Assembly: GCA_905178155.1 (NCBI GenBank)
Contig: CAJINV010000005.1
Span: 8,959,222-9,023,221 of the forward strand
Length of the DNA stretch: 64,000 nt
Direction of reading: 5' to 3'
Origin: Amoebophrya sp. A120
Taxonomy: Eukaryota > Protista > Dinoflagellata
Under the pieces are notes generated by a model, which made no database searches, was not told the origin of the DNA, and saw only the letters and a program-made list of their open reading frames with translations. The position numbers were made by a program, and so were the translations under genes. Shown here one piece after another: positions 35,583 to 49,415 of this stretch (position 1 is its first letter; each line of letters starts with the position of its first letter).

Positions 35583-38500
35583 CTACACTAAAGTCGGTGA
35601 AATTCTACTCATCGCACGCCGGCCCCGAGGACAGAAAACGAAAACTGGAAGCGGTCTGTGATTTATTTCGCCGTGGAAACTGAATTTGTCTTGCGTTGCA
35701 TTCCTCAAAATGAGATCAAGTTCCAACACGAGAGGGATGTGGTCTGACGGAAAGTGTTCATTCGGGATCATTTTTGTGGACATAATTTTTGGCGACGCAT
35801 TTATTTTATCGTCAGAAAACGCATGACAAATTTCATGTTCCTCCGGACTCAGCAAAATTTTCCGGACTGCAAAATCCTTCGGCGAGTAGAAGACCCAATC
35901 CACCGCCTGCTTCACGACCTCTTATGCATTGGATTGCAAAAGCATCGCAGTCGTAGAAATTATGCCAGTCATGCGTGACAAATCTTTCTTGCCAAGCAGA
36001 ATCAGCATGACAAAATCTCTGTCTCGTGCTGAGCCAATTTGTATTGCAATTGTTGCTATTAGTTTTGGTACGACAAACTTTTGCAATTTATACATCTGTT
36101 GCGACGTCGATTGGGTGAACATGCTGACGTCGATTGTCAAACCCTCGTCGACTTTCCTCCTCCTCGCCCTTGTTCACAGGTTCTGGCGATGAATAGTTCA
36201 CCCCTTGTTGCTGTTCTTGTCTCCTGAATTCCCGCGCATATTTTTCCATCCTAGTTTGCAGCAGCTCCCCCGACACCGTTCGCCGGTAAGCTTTTTCCAA
36301 AAACTTTTCCGAAATGTTCCTCCTCGACTTTCCTATACCTCCCCCCTCCGCTACCACCGCGTTGCCCGGATTTAGCCGCACCCGCTTTCCGTCCAGCGGC
36401 CTCTTCCGGTGCCGCTTGTTACCCAAAAGCGAGCGGTGGGACGTTAATGGGGTCAACATTGCTGTGGAAGAACTGCCGCCTGCTGCTCCTGAAGAACCCA
36501 GATGCACTATCCTGTGTAAAAACGTCCCCACACCATAGTTGTCATGCAACTCTGCATGCTTAAAATGTTTCTCATGCGGAGCCCCATGAGAAGCATTTTC
36601 TAATGCGGTTTGGAAATCTGTAATGCGCCAATCAGCATCAAATGCTAGATCTGTAATGCTGCTTAGCTAGCTCAAACAGCACTACAATACGCGTCCAAAT
36701 TTGTCATGCGAAACAGCCAAAGCTTATGGATTTGTCTAGCGGATTTCCCATCTTGACTCTGGTGTGGAGACGTTTTTACTCAGGATATGCACCTGCGAAG
36801 GGCTGTTTTCGTAGATCGGCACTCTAGTCGCAGCGGAGGTGGAGGAAGATCCTTGAAAAAAGTTTGAATTTTTTCTATCCTATGGGAAAAGGTCACCACC
36901 CCAAATAGCTGTCATGCAAATCCGCATGCTCAAAACATTTGTGATGCGGAGCGCAATGAGAAGCGTTTTCTAGTCGTGTTTTGGCATTTGCCAACATGCT
37001 CCAAAAAGCGCACTAGGCTAAATCTGTGATGCTGCTGAACTAGCGAAGTCGAGGATGACACTACGAAAGCACGCTTGTCATGCGCAACACCCAAAGCTGG
37101 CTGATTTGTCTAGCAGATTGCCCATCTTGCCTCTGCGGTGGGGACTACATTTTTGCTCAGGATATTGTGCAGAAGTTGTTCTCACATTCCCGGCGAAGAA
37201 CGCAGAAGACGAAGCGTCCGATATCGTAAGGGAAAATCCCCCCTCCCCATATCGAGAAGGTATATCGCAGAAAATTTGTAGTGCTGATTTGTGACCACAG
37301 AGCGTCTCTGTCTTGCAAGGCCGCAACTCCACAGACAGCCGCCGCATTCTGCAGGCGGTTTGTGATGCAGTTGGCCCGACGGAATAGACGTTTGCCATGC
37401 CCAGCGCCTAGCCCAAAACGTCTCCACTCAGTCTTAGTATAGGCCTGCAATCCCCTCCAGCAAGACAAATCTGATTTGTGTACGCAAATCCAGCAGAGTC
37501 TTCGTTTTCATATGGGAAGTGGGGATTTTTCCTTTTGATATCCGAACAGTTGTACATCGGCAAAGGTTATCAAATGTAAAAATGTCTGGGTCTGGAAATT
37601 TGTGATGCTGTGTGGCATATCATGAGGAGGCCACAGTTGCTGGCTCAGCATGACAAGTTTCTGAGCTTCTAGGTGTTGCCTATTCTGCATGACAAACTAC
37701 GTTTCTGCATGACAGAAAAGTGGAACTCTTTGGTGATGTGCATGACAGATTTAGGAGTCATGCCAGACAAGCATGACAGACTTGCATTTTTCCAGACCCA
37801 GACATTTTTACATTTGATAAAGGTTTGAACATGTGCGTCCATTTACAGGAAATCCCTATCAAATGCAAGTTTGTCTGGGTCTGGAACAAAGCAACTTGTC
37901 ATGCTAAATCTGAATCATGTAAAAATCTGTGTTGCATGTTTACCAAAAGCCATCCAGTTTTGATCTAACCGAGAGGCAGTTTCTCATGCAGGATAGACAT
38001 GATAACACTCTCACAGTATCTGTCATGCTATGTCCTACATACCAGACCTCATGGGTCATGGAAAACCTGCATGACACGTCTGGCATTCTTCCAGACCCAG
38101 ACATTTTTGCAGTTGATACTCCCGTGCAGTCCGCAAATTTTCAGGTACTCCAGCGTACGGCTGTTCTTGGCAGCAAACGAAGGAGCTGCTGCTGCGCCAT
38201 TTGATGCTCCTGCACTTGATGTTCCTTGTTCCCTTGTGGTCGTGCCCCGGTCGTGTTCATCTTCCTTACAAGTCGCATTCAAATCGCCGAAAAGCAAAAC
38301 TGGCATTTGGCCCTGCAGTGCACTTATGCATTGCAAAAGTATCGTACTAGTATAAATTGCATTACAAATTTTATCAGAAAGAAAAATGGAATTTGTAATG
38401 CTAATTCAGGTAAAAAGGTAAGTTTGTCATGCCGCATTGCAATTAGTACGTGTACGATACTTTTGCACAGGATAGCACTACCAGCAGGTAGCAGCTCCGA

Positions 38501-41336
38501 AGAATCTTCACTCGGGTAAGAAGAACCTCCTGCACCATGTGAAGTACTTGAAGTTTTCCTGAATTTTTCCGGCCACAGCGCTTCCACTAATCTGGACAAT
38601 TGCGCCACCCGCGTTTGCTCCTCGTAAGTGCTTATTTGTGATGCTGCGCAACTACCGGTTGCGGAGGAATAGATACTGTCTGCCTTCAAATGCGTGGCGC
38701 AAACCCGGATCTTCTTCACTGCGCTGGGGCTTGTTTCCGCAGACAAACCAGTGTCTACAACTTGTTCCAGGTCCACTTTCTGATTGCTGGTGCTGCTTGC
38801 AGTTGTTGCACTGTCACTGCAACTTAAACTTTCGCACGACGTTGGTACAACTACACTGGTTGTAGTTTTTGCAGTGTGCTCCGCCCTGAACGACACCTTC
38901 TCGTCTGCCATGCGGACCACGAAATCCTGCACCAACGCGACCTGGGAGCCCACCTGCACGACCTTCTCCGCGCCCGCGGGGAGATATGCGAGTACACAAC
39001 TCCCCCTCCCCCTCAGTAGTCTAGCATGAACAGCAATACAAACACTAGCACACGTAGAGCCTATGCATTACAACTTTCTGTGCCCCATGCAGTACTGTTT
39101 GGGCTTGCGGAATTTGTTATGCATAATAGTGATACAAGGTAGCGACTGGATTTGGGATTTTGCATGAGAAATGAGAACGAGGGGGAGTTGTGCACTGTTA
39201 TAGGAGAAACCTCGTTTTGTCGTAGAAAATCGCCACACCGTCCTTGGCCGGAGACTTCTTTTTCGCGTAGATGTATGCACTGCAAAAGCATCGCACTCGT
39301 CTTGCGATTATGCATTACAAATCTTTTTCTTAAGGTAAATCAGCATTGCAAATTGTCTTTCTCATGCTGAGGAAATTTGTAATGCATTTATACGAGTACA
39401 TTACCTTTGTACTGGATAGGATGTAGTCGTATTTGCGGTTGTTCGATCTCCTGTGCATTTGGTTGAGAACTTCGCGGAGCAGTGCCTGGTCAATCTCCAC
39501 CAAGGAGATCAGGTCGAATGATGTTGACCCAGGGTCAGAAATTATAGGCGTAGAAGTCCTGGCCGTATCATCTTCTCGCTGGCTGCGACGAGCGCCCGGA
39601 GAAGTTCTTGGTCGACGACCACGTTGTAGTTCCCCCGGTCTGTCAGTGCTACACGCGACGTCCTTTGGGAGGTGATGTGATGGGAACCGGTATCCTGAGT
39701 AAAAACGTCCCTACCCTCTAGTTTTCATGCGGATCTGCATACTCAGAATGTGTGTCATGTGGCTCTCCATGTCAAGAGGCGTTACCTAGAAGTGGAGTTT
39801 GCAAAAATCTGTCATGCGCTAATCAGGATGACAGACTGGAACTGTGATGCGTTTGAACCAGCTAGGCACGACTACACTGCTCAGCCATGACCTTGTCATG
39901 CGCGAGTCCCAAAGATGCTCGATTTGTCTTGCCAAAGTCCCAACTTGACTATGGGGTGGGGGCCCTTTTAAGTACACAGGATAAGCGAAAAATCTCCTCC
40001 GCGATCAGTTTTGCGCGGTGTTCTTTCCGAAGAAATTGCGGATCGATGACGGTCTTCGGAAACCTTTCCTTGGTCGCGAGGCAATCCGCCAAGACATTCC
40101 AGTGCAGCAGCCGGAGCGGGCAAGAAGTACGCGGCGCGGAGGACACCACGTCGAATAAATTTCTTGTCCCCAGCTCCGTGTGGCCATGGTCGTGCTGCTG
40201 CGCCGCGACGGTGGAAGCAGGTAGTATAGTACAACTTTTGCTTCCATGCAGCTCCTTCTGATTAAGTTTAAGATGATCTTCTACTTCCCCCGAAATAATC
40301 CTTCTGACGCCCTGCGTAGAGCCGCCGCCATGGCTAGAAAAAGACGACGCTGCTGCTGCAGAATTTAGTCCTGCTCCCGAACCAGCAGCAGCATTACCCC
40401 CTGCTCCGACCCGACCGGCAAAGATCTTCCCAGGATGTTGAAAATTCATCCCGGTCAAAAATTCTTCGTCCAATCGCCTCCACTTGTCGCTCGAGGAGGA
40501 TATCCTATGCAAAAATGTCGCCACCCCATAGTTGTCATGCAGATCTGCATGCTCAAAATGTTTGTCATGCGGAGCCCCATGAGAAGCATTTTCTAGTTGC
40601 GTTTTGGAATTTGTAATGCTCAAACCAGAGCAATAGGCCGGATCTGTAATGCTTCTGAACGAGCTAAACGGGATTACACTACGAGACCAATTTTGTCATG
40701 CGCATCACCCAAAGCTGGCTGATTTGTGTAGCAGATTTCTCATCTTGACTATGGGGTGGAGACGTTTTTACTCAGGATAGAGGAGGCTTGATGTTCTACT
40801 TGCCGGGACGCAGTAGAAGAGCCACCTCCTGGTGACACAATTTGTTCCTGGGAAGTCCTCCTCGTCGTCGTTGCGAGCTCTTTCTTCTTCACGAAGTCGC
40901 TGTCGCGGTGGACACCACCTTCCTCGGGAAGTGCCGGTCCAGGCTGCGATTCCTCTACCCAACACCATCTTCGCCGCAGGCGGGGTCGCCGAGTGCTTTC
41001 CTGTGATTGTAGCAACGCAGATGATGAACTACCATGTCCTCCGGATGATGATGTCGCAGCAGCAGTGGTGCCGAAACCACCTGAACCTCCATTGTTGTCA
41101 ACATAAACCTCGTTCGCAATACTGGGCGGAAAAGATGTCCTCCTCGCGGTGTCAGAGTCAGTTCCTGCAGAGAAGGTTGGGGAACACAGCACGGACACGT
41201 CTGGTACTTCCGCAACAGGAGCTTCTGGTCCCGATAGTATCACACGACGTGCCGCTGCTGCTGCGGAACAAAAGGCCGATTTTTTTATTTCGGATTGCAA
41301 AAACGAAGAGTGACGCCGTATTTTTATTTTTCGCAT
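35583..41336 (-). CDS. CCR4/nocturnin-family EEP nuclease/phosphatase, multi-exon
   Basis: Motifs LHWNVLAD, DLISLVEID, ATHLKA, FGDLNA, VDWVFYS and FPSDHIPLV occur in order on the - strand, separated by introners. Not every exon junction was resolved. Confidence 0.85.
35923..36092. mobile_element. Introner, family D, diverged
   Basis: TSD CCTCT/CATCT. Confidence 0.7.
36508..36787. mobile_element. Introner, family B
   Basis: TSD TGCAC. Confidence 0.92.
36876..37164. mobile_element. Introner, family B, diverged
   Basis: B-type arms; decayed TSD. Confidence 0.75.
37222..37540. mobile_element. Introner, family C
   Basis: TSD TCCGA. Confidence 0.9.
37568..37819. mobile_element. Introner, family A
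   Basis: Perfect ~31-bp TIR; TSD AAGGT. Confidence 0.92.
37857..38118. mobile_element. Introner, family A
   Basis: TSD ATCCC/CTCCC. Confidence 0.9.
38325..38474. mobile_element. Introner, family D
   Basis: TSD GCACT. Confidence 0.9.
39274..39418. mobile_element. Introner, family D
   Basis: TSD AGATG/GGATG. Confidence 0.8.
39691..39983. mobile_element. Introner, family B
   Basis: TSD ACCGG/AGCGA (decayed). Confidence 0.8.
40501..40779. mobile_element. Introner, family B
   Basis: TSD GAGGA. Confidence 0.92.
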
Positions 41337-42131
41337 GATAGCTGCACAACTCCAGAAACAAATTGTACCGAAAAATCTACTACGAGTGGTCACCGATTCT
41401 TCCGAGGCGAAGAAAAATGAAAACTTAAACTACGTAGTGACTTCAATACATTGCTGCTCGGTGTATTCGATTCATATCAATACCGAAAATTGCAATCACT
41501 TACTTACAGTAGGTTCCCCACGACCGGATAGTACAGAAGTTGGTGTTGGTGTTGGAAAGAAAGAACCTGGCAAACCAGACACAAGAACTAGCTACTGAAA
41601 TCGGTAAACGAGAAAAAGAACAAGCCGGGCCCGAAGAGACGAGTCGGAGCTTTCTTCACCCAGCAAATTGGAAAACATGTTTCCCTGCAGCTGCTGCACC
41701 CGTCTTCTTCAATATTTCTGTGGGCAAGCGCAAGGTATTTATTTTGTCGCAAGAAAGATTCATTGTATAAATTCAAAGATGTCGACTAGATGCGGACACG
41801 ACCCTTCAGCGTCGCCTTTTCTACTTGTTAAAACAAGCCGCGTACAACTTCTGAAGTAGCTGACCATGTATTTATTTTCATCGTGTTACTTTCCTCCACT
41901 TCTGACCACCGAAAAAAATCATCTGGTGTTCTTCTCGTGGTGAACTGAACCTCGATGCAGCGGCTCCAGAACAAGAAGATCATTATTTCTTGGAAATAAA
42001 CAATGGAAAAATACTAAATGCGCGTGATAAATCTTCTCCATTTTTTTCTTCTGGAAAATTCGTACTGCTCGTTGTCCTTGACTTCGCCGCAACTACATGC
42101 TGGCTCAGAACAACATCAAAAACCTCCCGCC

Positions 42132-43874
42132 TCACTTCAGCGATAGTTGCTGCATAAAGTACCGCGCGTTCGGTGACACAGAGATGTGTCCGTTTTTCGA
42201 CAGAAAGTTCTGAACCTGCAGCAGCCTCTGCCGCAAGATTTGGGATCCCGAACTCCCGGGCAGCAGCTGGTCCTGCAGCATGCCGCCCCCCGCGGTATTC
42301 CCGAAATGGTCCGCCGCGTAGTACCGCGTCAGTAGGCTGATGTACGTCTCCAGGATTTTGGTGTAGTCGACGGAAAAAAAGCCGGGGAGCATTTGCTCAT
42401 CCGGGTTGGAAAGAAATTCCTCCCGATCGAAAAGCTCTAAAGCCTCTTCGTACCTGAGTTCACGTTGTAGAGGTCGTTCTTTTTTGATAATTATTTGCAT
42501 TATGTCGAAATGTTCTGCACGACCAAGCATGCATTGCGATTGCGATGTTGTGAGTTTTGCATGACAACACCTCTTCGCAGCATCTTCTTCAAAAGCCGTT
42601 CGTACTAAGTACATGATCATAGAACAAACTTCTAATTCTATACCTTCCCTGGTCCCGGACGCAGTCGTGGAAGTGTTTCAACCGCCACAGCTTGCAGACG
42701 AACCTCCACACCCTCGTGATTTCGTCCGAACTCCGCGTGGTCTGTTGCGCCGCACGGGTGCCATGATCCGCCGCGTTTGTCACAACCATACCGGAGTTGT
42801 TAGAGGAATTCACATCGATTCCGAACGACGCCCCGTAATCGGCGTACATGCTCAAGAACTTGCGGCACTCCTGTTCTAATTGCCGCAGTTTAAAACTATT
42901 TGTCCACGCGGTAGTACTAGCCGCACCTCCCGACATGGAAGTACTAGTGGCTCCACCACCAGCCCCGCCCCCGCCAATCGGCTCCTGACCGGGGGTGAAG
43001 GTGGCACCGGAAGACAAGTTGCGGCTGCCGCAGCTGGCCACCTCCGTGAAAGCGGGGAGCCGCAGAATCCGCTGCATGGTTTCCAACACTTTCCGGTAGT
43101 TGGTGGACAGGTGGAGAAACCGCAACGCCAGGATGTACTTCCCGCGACGAAGGGCGTCGAGCCCCAGCGACTCCATGATGCTCCGAAATTCGCTGGTAGT
43201 GTCATTGGAGGAGGAAATCTTGTTGTTCATCAACAGCTCTCCTGCGCCGTTACTGGAAGAACCACTCGAGTTGTTGCCCTTCATTTTCATCTCTCTTTTC
43301 CGGTTCAAATGGTCGACTTTCGCTTCCAAAGACTCCTGCAACAGGCCCTTCGTGTGGGAGCCGTCGAGTAAGATTTTTCCGGTCAGAAGCTCCAGGGGAG
43401 AAAAATTATTGTCGTGGTCGGGTACTAGCATGTTACTAATCCCTGTCGAAGCTGCTCCTACTCCACCCGAGCCCGGAGCGGTACTTGTTACCACTTCCGC
43501 ATTTGACTGCGTGAAGGACTTTAAAATCCGCAGATAGGCGTATTTTCGGTCAAAGGGCTGCATATCGTACGAAAAAACTGTCTCACTGTGGTGATTTTGC
43601 AAAATCTGCATCACAAGTTTGTTACGCATGACACTGAAAATCTGTCATGCGGGGTTCCCAAGGGAAAAAACAGCTAGAAATCAATTGTCTTGCATGTGTA
43701 GCATGACACACACTTCTGCGATCCATTTTCTGCATCACAAGTTCACAATGAAACAGTTTTTTCTTGCGATACTGCAGGATTTGGATGTAATTCAACTGCT
43801 CGCTCACGTCAAACATATGCAAGAGAAAAACTGTGTAAGTGTAACTTTCTTTGGCTGACAGCATCACAAATTTG
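42132..43874 (-). CDS. NUP93: 3' fragment of Nup93/Nic96 (duplicate copy, truncated at the N)
   Basis: Identical to 49416-51158. Confidence 0.55.
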
Positions 43875-43875
43875 N

Positions 43876-46800
43876 AGCATTTTCTAATGCGGTTTGGAAA
43901 TCTGTAATGCGCCAATCAGCATGAGATACTAGATCTGTAATGCTGCTTAGCTGGCTCAAACAGCACTACAATACGCGTCCAAATTTGTCATGCGAAACAG
44001 CCAAAGCTTATGGATTTGTCTAGCGGATTTCCCATCTTGACTCTGGTGTGGAGACGTTTTTACTCAGGATATGCACCTGCGAAGGGCTGTTTTCGTAGAT
44101 CGGCACTCTAGTCGCAGCGGAGGTGGAGGAAGATCCTTGAAAAAAGTTTGAATTTTTTCTATCCTATGGGAAAAGGTCACCACCCCAAATAGCTGTCATG
44201 CAAATCCGCATGCTCAAAACATTTGTGATGCGGAGCGCAATGAGAAGCGTTTTCTAGTCGTGTTTTGGCATTTGCCAACATGCTCCAAAAAGCGCACTAG
44301 GCTAAATCTGTGATGCTGCTGAACTAGCGAAGTCGAGGATGACACTACGAAAGCACGCTTGTCATGCGCAACACCCAAAGCTGGCTGATTTGTCTAGCAG
44401 ATTGCCCATCTTGCCTCTGCGGTGGGGACTACATTTTTGCTCAGGATATTGTGCAGAAGTTGTTCTCACATTCCCGGCGAAGAACGCAGAAGACGAAGCG
44501 TCCGATATCGTAAGGGAAAATCCCCCCTCCCCATATCGAGAAGGTATATCGCAGAAAATTTGTAGTGCTGATTTGTGACCACAGAGCGTCTCTGTCTTGC
44601 AAGGCCGCAACTCCACAGACAGCCGCCGCATTCTGCAGGCGGTTTGTGATGCAGTTGGCCCGACGGAATAGACGTTTGCCATGCCCAGCGCCTAGCCCAA
44701 AACGTCTCCACTCAGTCTTAGTATAGGCCTGCAATCCCCTCCAGCAAGACAAATCTGATTTGTGTACGCAAATCCAGCAGAGTCTTCGTTTTCATATGGG
44801 AAGTGGGGATTTTTCCTTTTGATATCCGAACAGTTGTACATCGGCAAAGGTTATCAAATGTAAAAATGTCTGGGTCTGGAAATTTGTGATGCTGTGTGGC
44901 ATATCATGAGGAGGCCACAGTTGCTGGCTCAGCATGACAAGTTTCTGAGCTTCTAGGTGTTGCCTATTCTGCATGACAAACTACGTTTCTGCATGACAGA
45001 AAAGTGGAACTCTTTGGTGATGTGCATGACAGATTTAGGAGTCATGCCAGACAAGCATGACAGACTTGCATTTTTCCAGACCCAGACATTTTTACATTTG
45101 ATAAAGGTTTGAACATGTGCGTCCATTTACAGGAAATCCCTATCAAATGCAAGTTTGTCTGGGTCTGGAACAAAGCAACTTGTCATGCTAAATCTGAATC
45201 ATGTAAAAATCTGTGTTGCATGTTTACCAAAAGCCATCCAGTTTTGATCTAACCGAGAGGCAGTTTCTCATGCAGGATAGACATGATAACACTCTCACAG
45301 TATCTGTCATGCTATGTCCTACATACCAGACCTCATGGGTCATGGAAAACCTGCATGACACGTCTGGCATTCTTCCAGACCCAGACATTTTTGCAGTTGA
45401 TACTCCCGTGCAGTCCGCAAATTTTCAGGTACTCCAGCGTACGGCTGTTCTTGGCAGCAAACGAAGGAGCTGCTGCTGCGCCATTTGATGCTCCTGCACT
45501 TGATGTTCCTTGTTCCCTTGTGGTCGTGCCCCGGTCGTGTTCATCTTCCTTACAAGTCGCATTCAAATCGCCGAAAAGCAAAACTGGCATTTGGCCCTGC
45601 AGTGCACTTATGCATTGCAAAAGTATCGTACTAGTATAAATTGCATTACAAATTTTATCAGAAAGAAAAATGGAATTTGTAATGCTAATTCAGGTAAAAA
45701 GGTAAGTTTGTCATGCCGCATTGCAATTAGTACGTGTACGATACTTTTGCACAGGATAGCACTACCAGCAGGTAGCAGCTCCGAAGAATCTTCACTCGGG
45801 TAAGAAGAACCTCCTGCACCATGTGAAGTACTTGAAGTTTTCCTGAATTTTTCCGGCCACAGCGCTTCCACTAATCTGGACAATTGCGCCACCCGCGTTT
45901 GCTCCTCGTAAGTGCTTATTTGTGATGCTGCGCAACTACCGGTTGCGGAGGAATAGATACTGTCTGCCTTCAAATGCGTGGCGCAAACCCGGATCTTCTT
46001 CACTGCGCTGGGGCTTGTTTCCGCAGACAAACCAGTGTCTACAACTTGTTCCAGGTCCACTTTCTGATTGCTGGTGCTGCTTGCAGTTGTTGCACTGTCA
46101 CTGCAACTTAAACTTTCGCACGACGTTGGTACAACTACACTGGTTGTAGTTTTTGCAGTGTGCTCCGCCCTGAACGACACCTTCTCGTCTGCCATGCGGA
46201 CCACGAAATCCTGCACCAACGCGACCTGGGAGCCCACCTGCACGACCTTCTCCGCGCCCGCGGGGAGATATGCGAGTACACAACTCCCCCTCCCCCTCAG
46301 TAGTCTAGCATGAACAGCAATACAAACACTAGCACACGTAGAGCCTATGCATTACAACTTTCTGTGCCCCATGCAGTACTGTTTGGGCTTGCGGAATTTG
46401 TTATGCATAATAGTGATACAAGGTAGCGACTGGATTTGGGATTTTGCATGAGAAATGAGAACGAGGGGGAGTTGTGCACTGTTATAGGAGAAACCTCGTT
46501 TTGTCGTAGAAAATCGCCACACCGTCCTTGGCCGGAGACTTCTTTTTCGCGTAGATGTATGCACTGCAAAAGCATCGCACTCGTCTTGCGATTATGCATT
46601 ACAAATCTTTTTCTTAAGGTAAATCAGCATTGCAAATTGTCTTTCTCATGCTGAGGAAATTTGTAATGCATTTATACGAGTACATTACCTTTGTACTGGA
46701 TAGGATGTAGTCGTATTTGCGGTTGTTCGATCTCCTGTGCATTTGGTTGAGAACTTCGCGGAGCAGTGCCTGGTCAATCTCCACCAAGGAGATCAGGTCG

Positions 46801-48620
46801 AATGATGTTGACCCAGGGTCAGAAATTATAGGCGTAGAAGTCCTGGCCGTATCATCTTCTCGCTGGCTGCGACGAGCGCCCGGAGAAGTTCTTGGTCGAC
46901 GACCACGTTGTAGTTCCCCCGGTCTGTCAGTGCTACACGCGACGTCCTTTGGGAGGTGATGTGATGGGAACCGGTATCCTGAGTAAAAACGTCCCTACCC
47001 TCTAGTTTTCATGCGGATCTGCATACTCAGAATGTGTGTCATGTGGCTCTCCATGTCAAGAGGCGTTACCTAGAAGTGGAGTTTGCAAAAATCTGTCATG
47101 CGCTAATCAGGATGACAGACTGGAACTGTGATGCGTTTGAACCAGCTAGGCACGACTACACTGCTCAGCCATGACCTTGTCATGCGCGAGTCCCAAAGAT
47201 GCTCGATTTGTCTTGCCAAAGTCCCAACTTGACTATGGGGTGGGGGCCCTTTTAAGTACACAGGATAAGCGAAAAATCTCCTCCGCGATCAGTTTTGCGC
47301 GGTGTTCTTTCCGAAGAAATTGCGGATCGATGACGGTCTTCGGAAACCTTTCCTTGGTCGCGAGGCAATCCGCCAAGACATTCCAGTGCAGCAGCCGGAG
47401 CGGGCAAGAAGTACGCGGCGCGGAGGACACCACGTCGAATAAATTTCTTGTCCCCAGCTCCGTGTGGCCATGGTCGTGCTGCTGCGCCGCGACGGTGGAA
47501 GCAGGTAGTATAGTACAACTTTTGCTTCCATGCAGCTCCTTCTGATTAAGTTTAAGATGATCTTCTACTTCCCCCGAAATAATCCTTCTGACGCCCTGCG
47601 TAGAGCCGCCGCCATGGCTAGAAAAAGACGACGCTGCTGCTGCAGAATTTAGTCCTGCTCCCGAACCAGCAGCAGCATTACCCCCTGCTCCGACCCGACC
47701 GGCAAAGATCTTCCCAGGATGTTGAAAATTCATCCCGGTCAAAAATTCTTCGTCCAATCGCCTCCACTTGTCGCTCGAGGAGGATATCCTATGCAAAAAT
47801 GTCGCCACCCCATAGTTGTCATGCAGATCTGCATGCTCAAAATGTTTGTCATGCGGAGCCCCATGAGAAGCATTTTCTAGTTGCGTTTTGGAATTTGTAA
47901 TGCTCAAACCAGAGCAATAGGCCGGATCTGTAATGCTTCTGAACGAGCTAAACGGGATTACACTACGAGACCAATTTTGTCATGCGCATCACCCAAAGCT
48001 GGCTGATTTGTGTAGCAGATTTCTCATCTTGACTATGGGGTGGAGACGTTTTTACTCAGGATAGAGGAGGCTTGATGTTCTACTTGCCGGGACGCAGTAG
48101 AAGAGCCACCTCCTGGTGACACAATTTGTTCCTGGGAAGTCCTCCTCGTCGTCGTTGCGAGCTCTTTCTTCTTCACGAAGTCGCTGTCGCGGTGGACACC
48201 ACCTTCCTCGGGAAGTGCCGGTCCAGGCTGCGATTCCTCTACCCAACACCATCTTCGCCGCAGGCGGGGTCGCCGAGTGCTTTCCTGTGATTGTAGCAAC
48301 GCAGATGATGAACTACCATGTCCTCCGGATGATGATGTCGCAGCAGCAGTGGTGCCGAAACCACCTGAACCTCCATTGTTGTCAACATAAACCTCGTTCG
48401 CAATACTGGGCGGAAAAGATGTCCTCCTCGCGGTGTCAGAGTCAGTTCCTGCAGAGAAGGTTGGGGAACACAGCACGGACACGTCTGGTACTTCCGCAAC
48501 AGGAGCTTCTGGTCCCGATAGTATCACACGACGTGCCGCTGCTGCTGCGGAACAAAAGGCCGATTTTTTTATTTCGGATTGCAAAAACGAAGAGTGACGC
48601 CGTATTTTTATTTTTCGCAT
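43876..48620 (-). CDS. 5' part of the CCR4/nocturnin-family gene (duplicate copy lacking the SDH exon)
   Basis: Near-identical to 36592-41336. Confidence 0.55.
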
Positions 48621-49415
48621 GATAGCTGCACAACTCCAGAAACAAATTGTACCGAAAAATCTACTACGAGTGGTCACCGATTCTTCCGAGGCGAAGAAAA
48701 ATGAAAACTTAAACTACGTAGTGACTTCAATACATTGCTGCTCGGTGTATTCGATTCATATCAATACCGAAAATTGCAATCACTTACTTACAGTAGGTTC
48801 CCCACGACCGGATAGTACAGAAGTTGGTGTTGGTGTTGGAAAGAAAGAACCTGGCAAACCAGACACAAGAACTAGCTACTGAAATCGGTAAACGAGAAAA
48901 AGAACAAGCCGGGCCCGAAGAGACGAGTCGGAGCTTTCTTCACCCAGCAAATTGGAAAACATGTTTCCCTGCAGCTGCTGCACCCGTCTTCTTCAATATT
49001 TCTGTGGGCAAGCGCAAGGTATTTATTTTGTCGCAAGAAAGATTCATTGTATAAATTCAAAGATGTCGACTAGATGCGGACACGACCCTTCAGCGTCGCC
49101 TTTTCTACTTGTTAAAACAAGCCGCGTACAACTTCTGAAGTAGCTGACCATGTATTTATTTTCATCGTGTTACTTTCCTCCACTTCTGACCACCGAAAAA
49201 AATCATCTGGTGTTCTTCTCGTGGTGAACTGAACCTCGATGCAGCGGCTCCAGAACAAGAAGATCATTATTTCTTGGAAATAAACAATGGAAAAATACTA
49301 AATGCGCGTGATAAATCTTCTCCATTTTTTTCTTCTGGAAAATTCGTACTGCTCGTTGTCCTTGACTTCGCCGCAACTACATGCTGGCTCAGAACAACAT
49401 CAAAAACCTCCCGCC

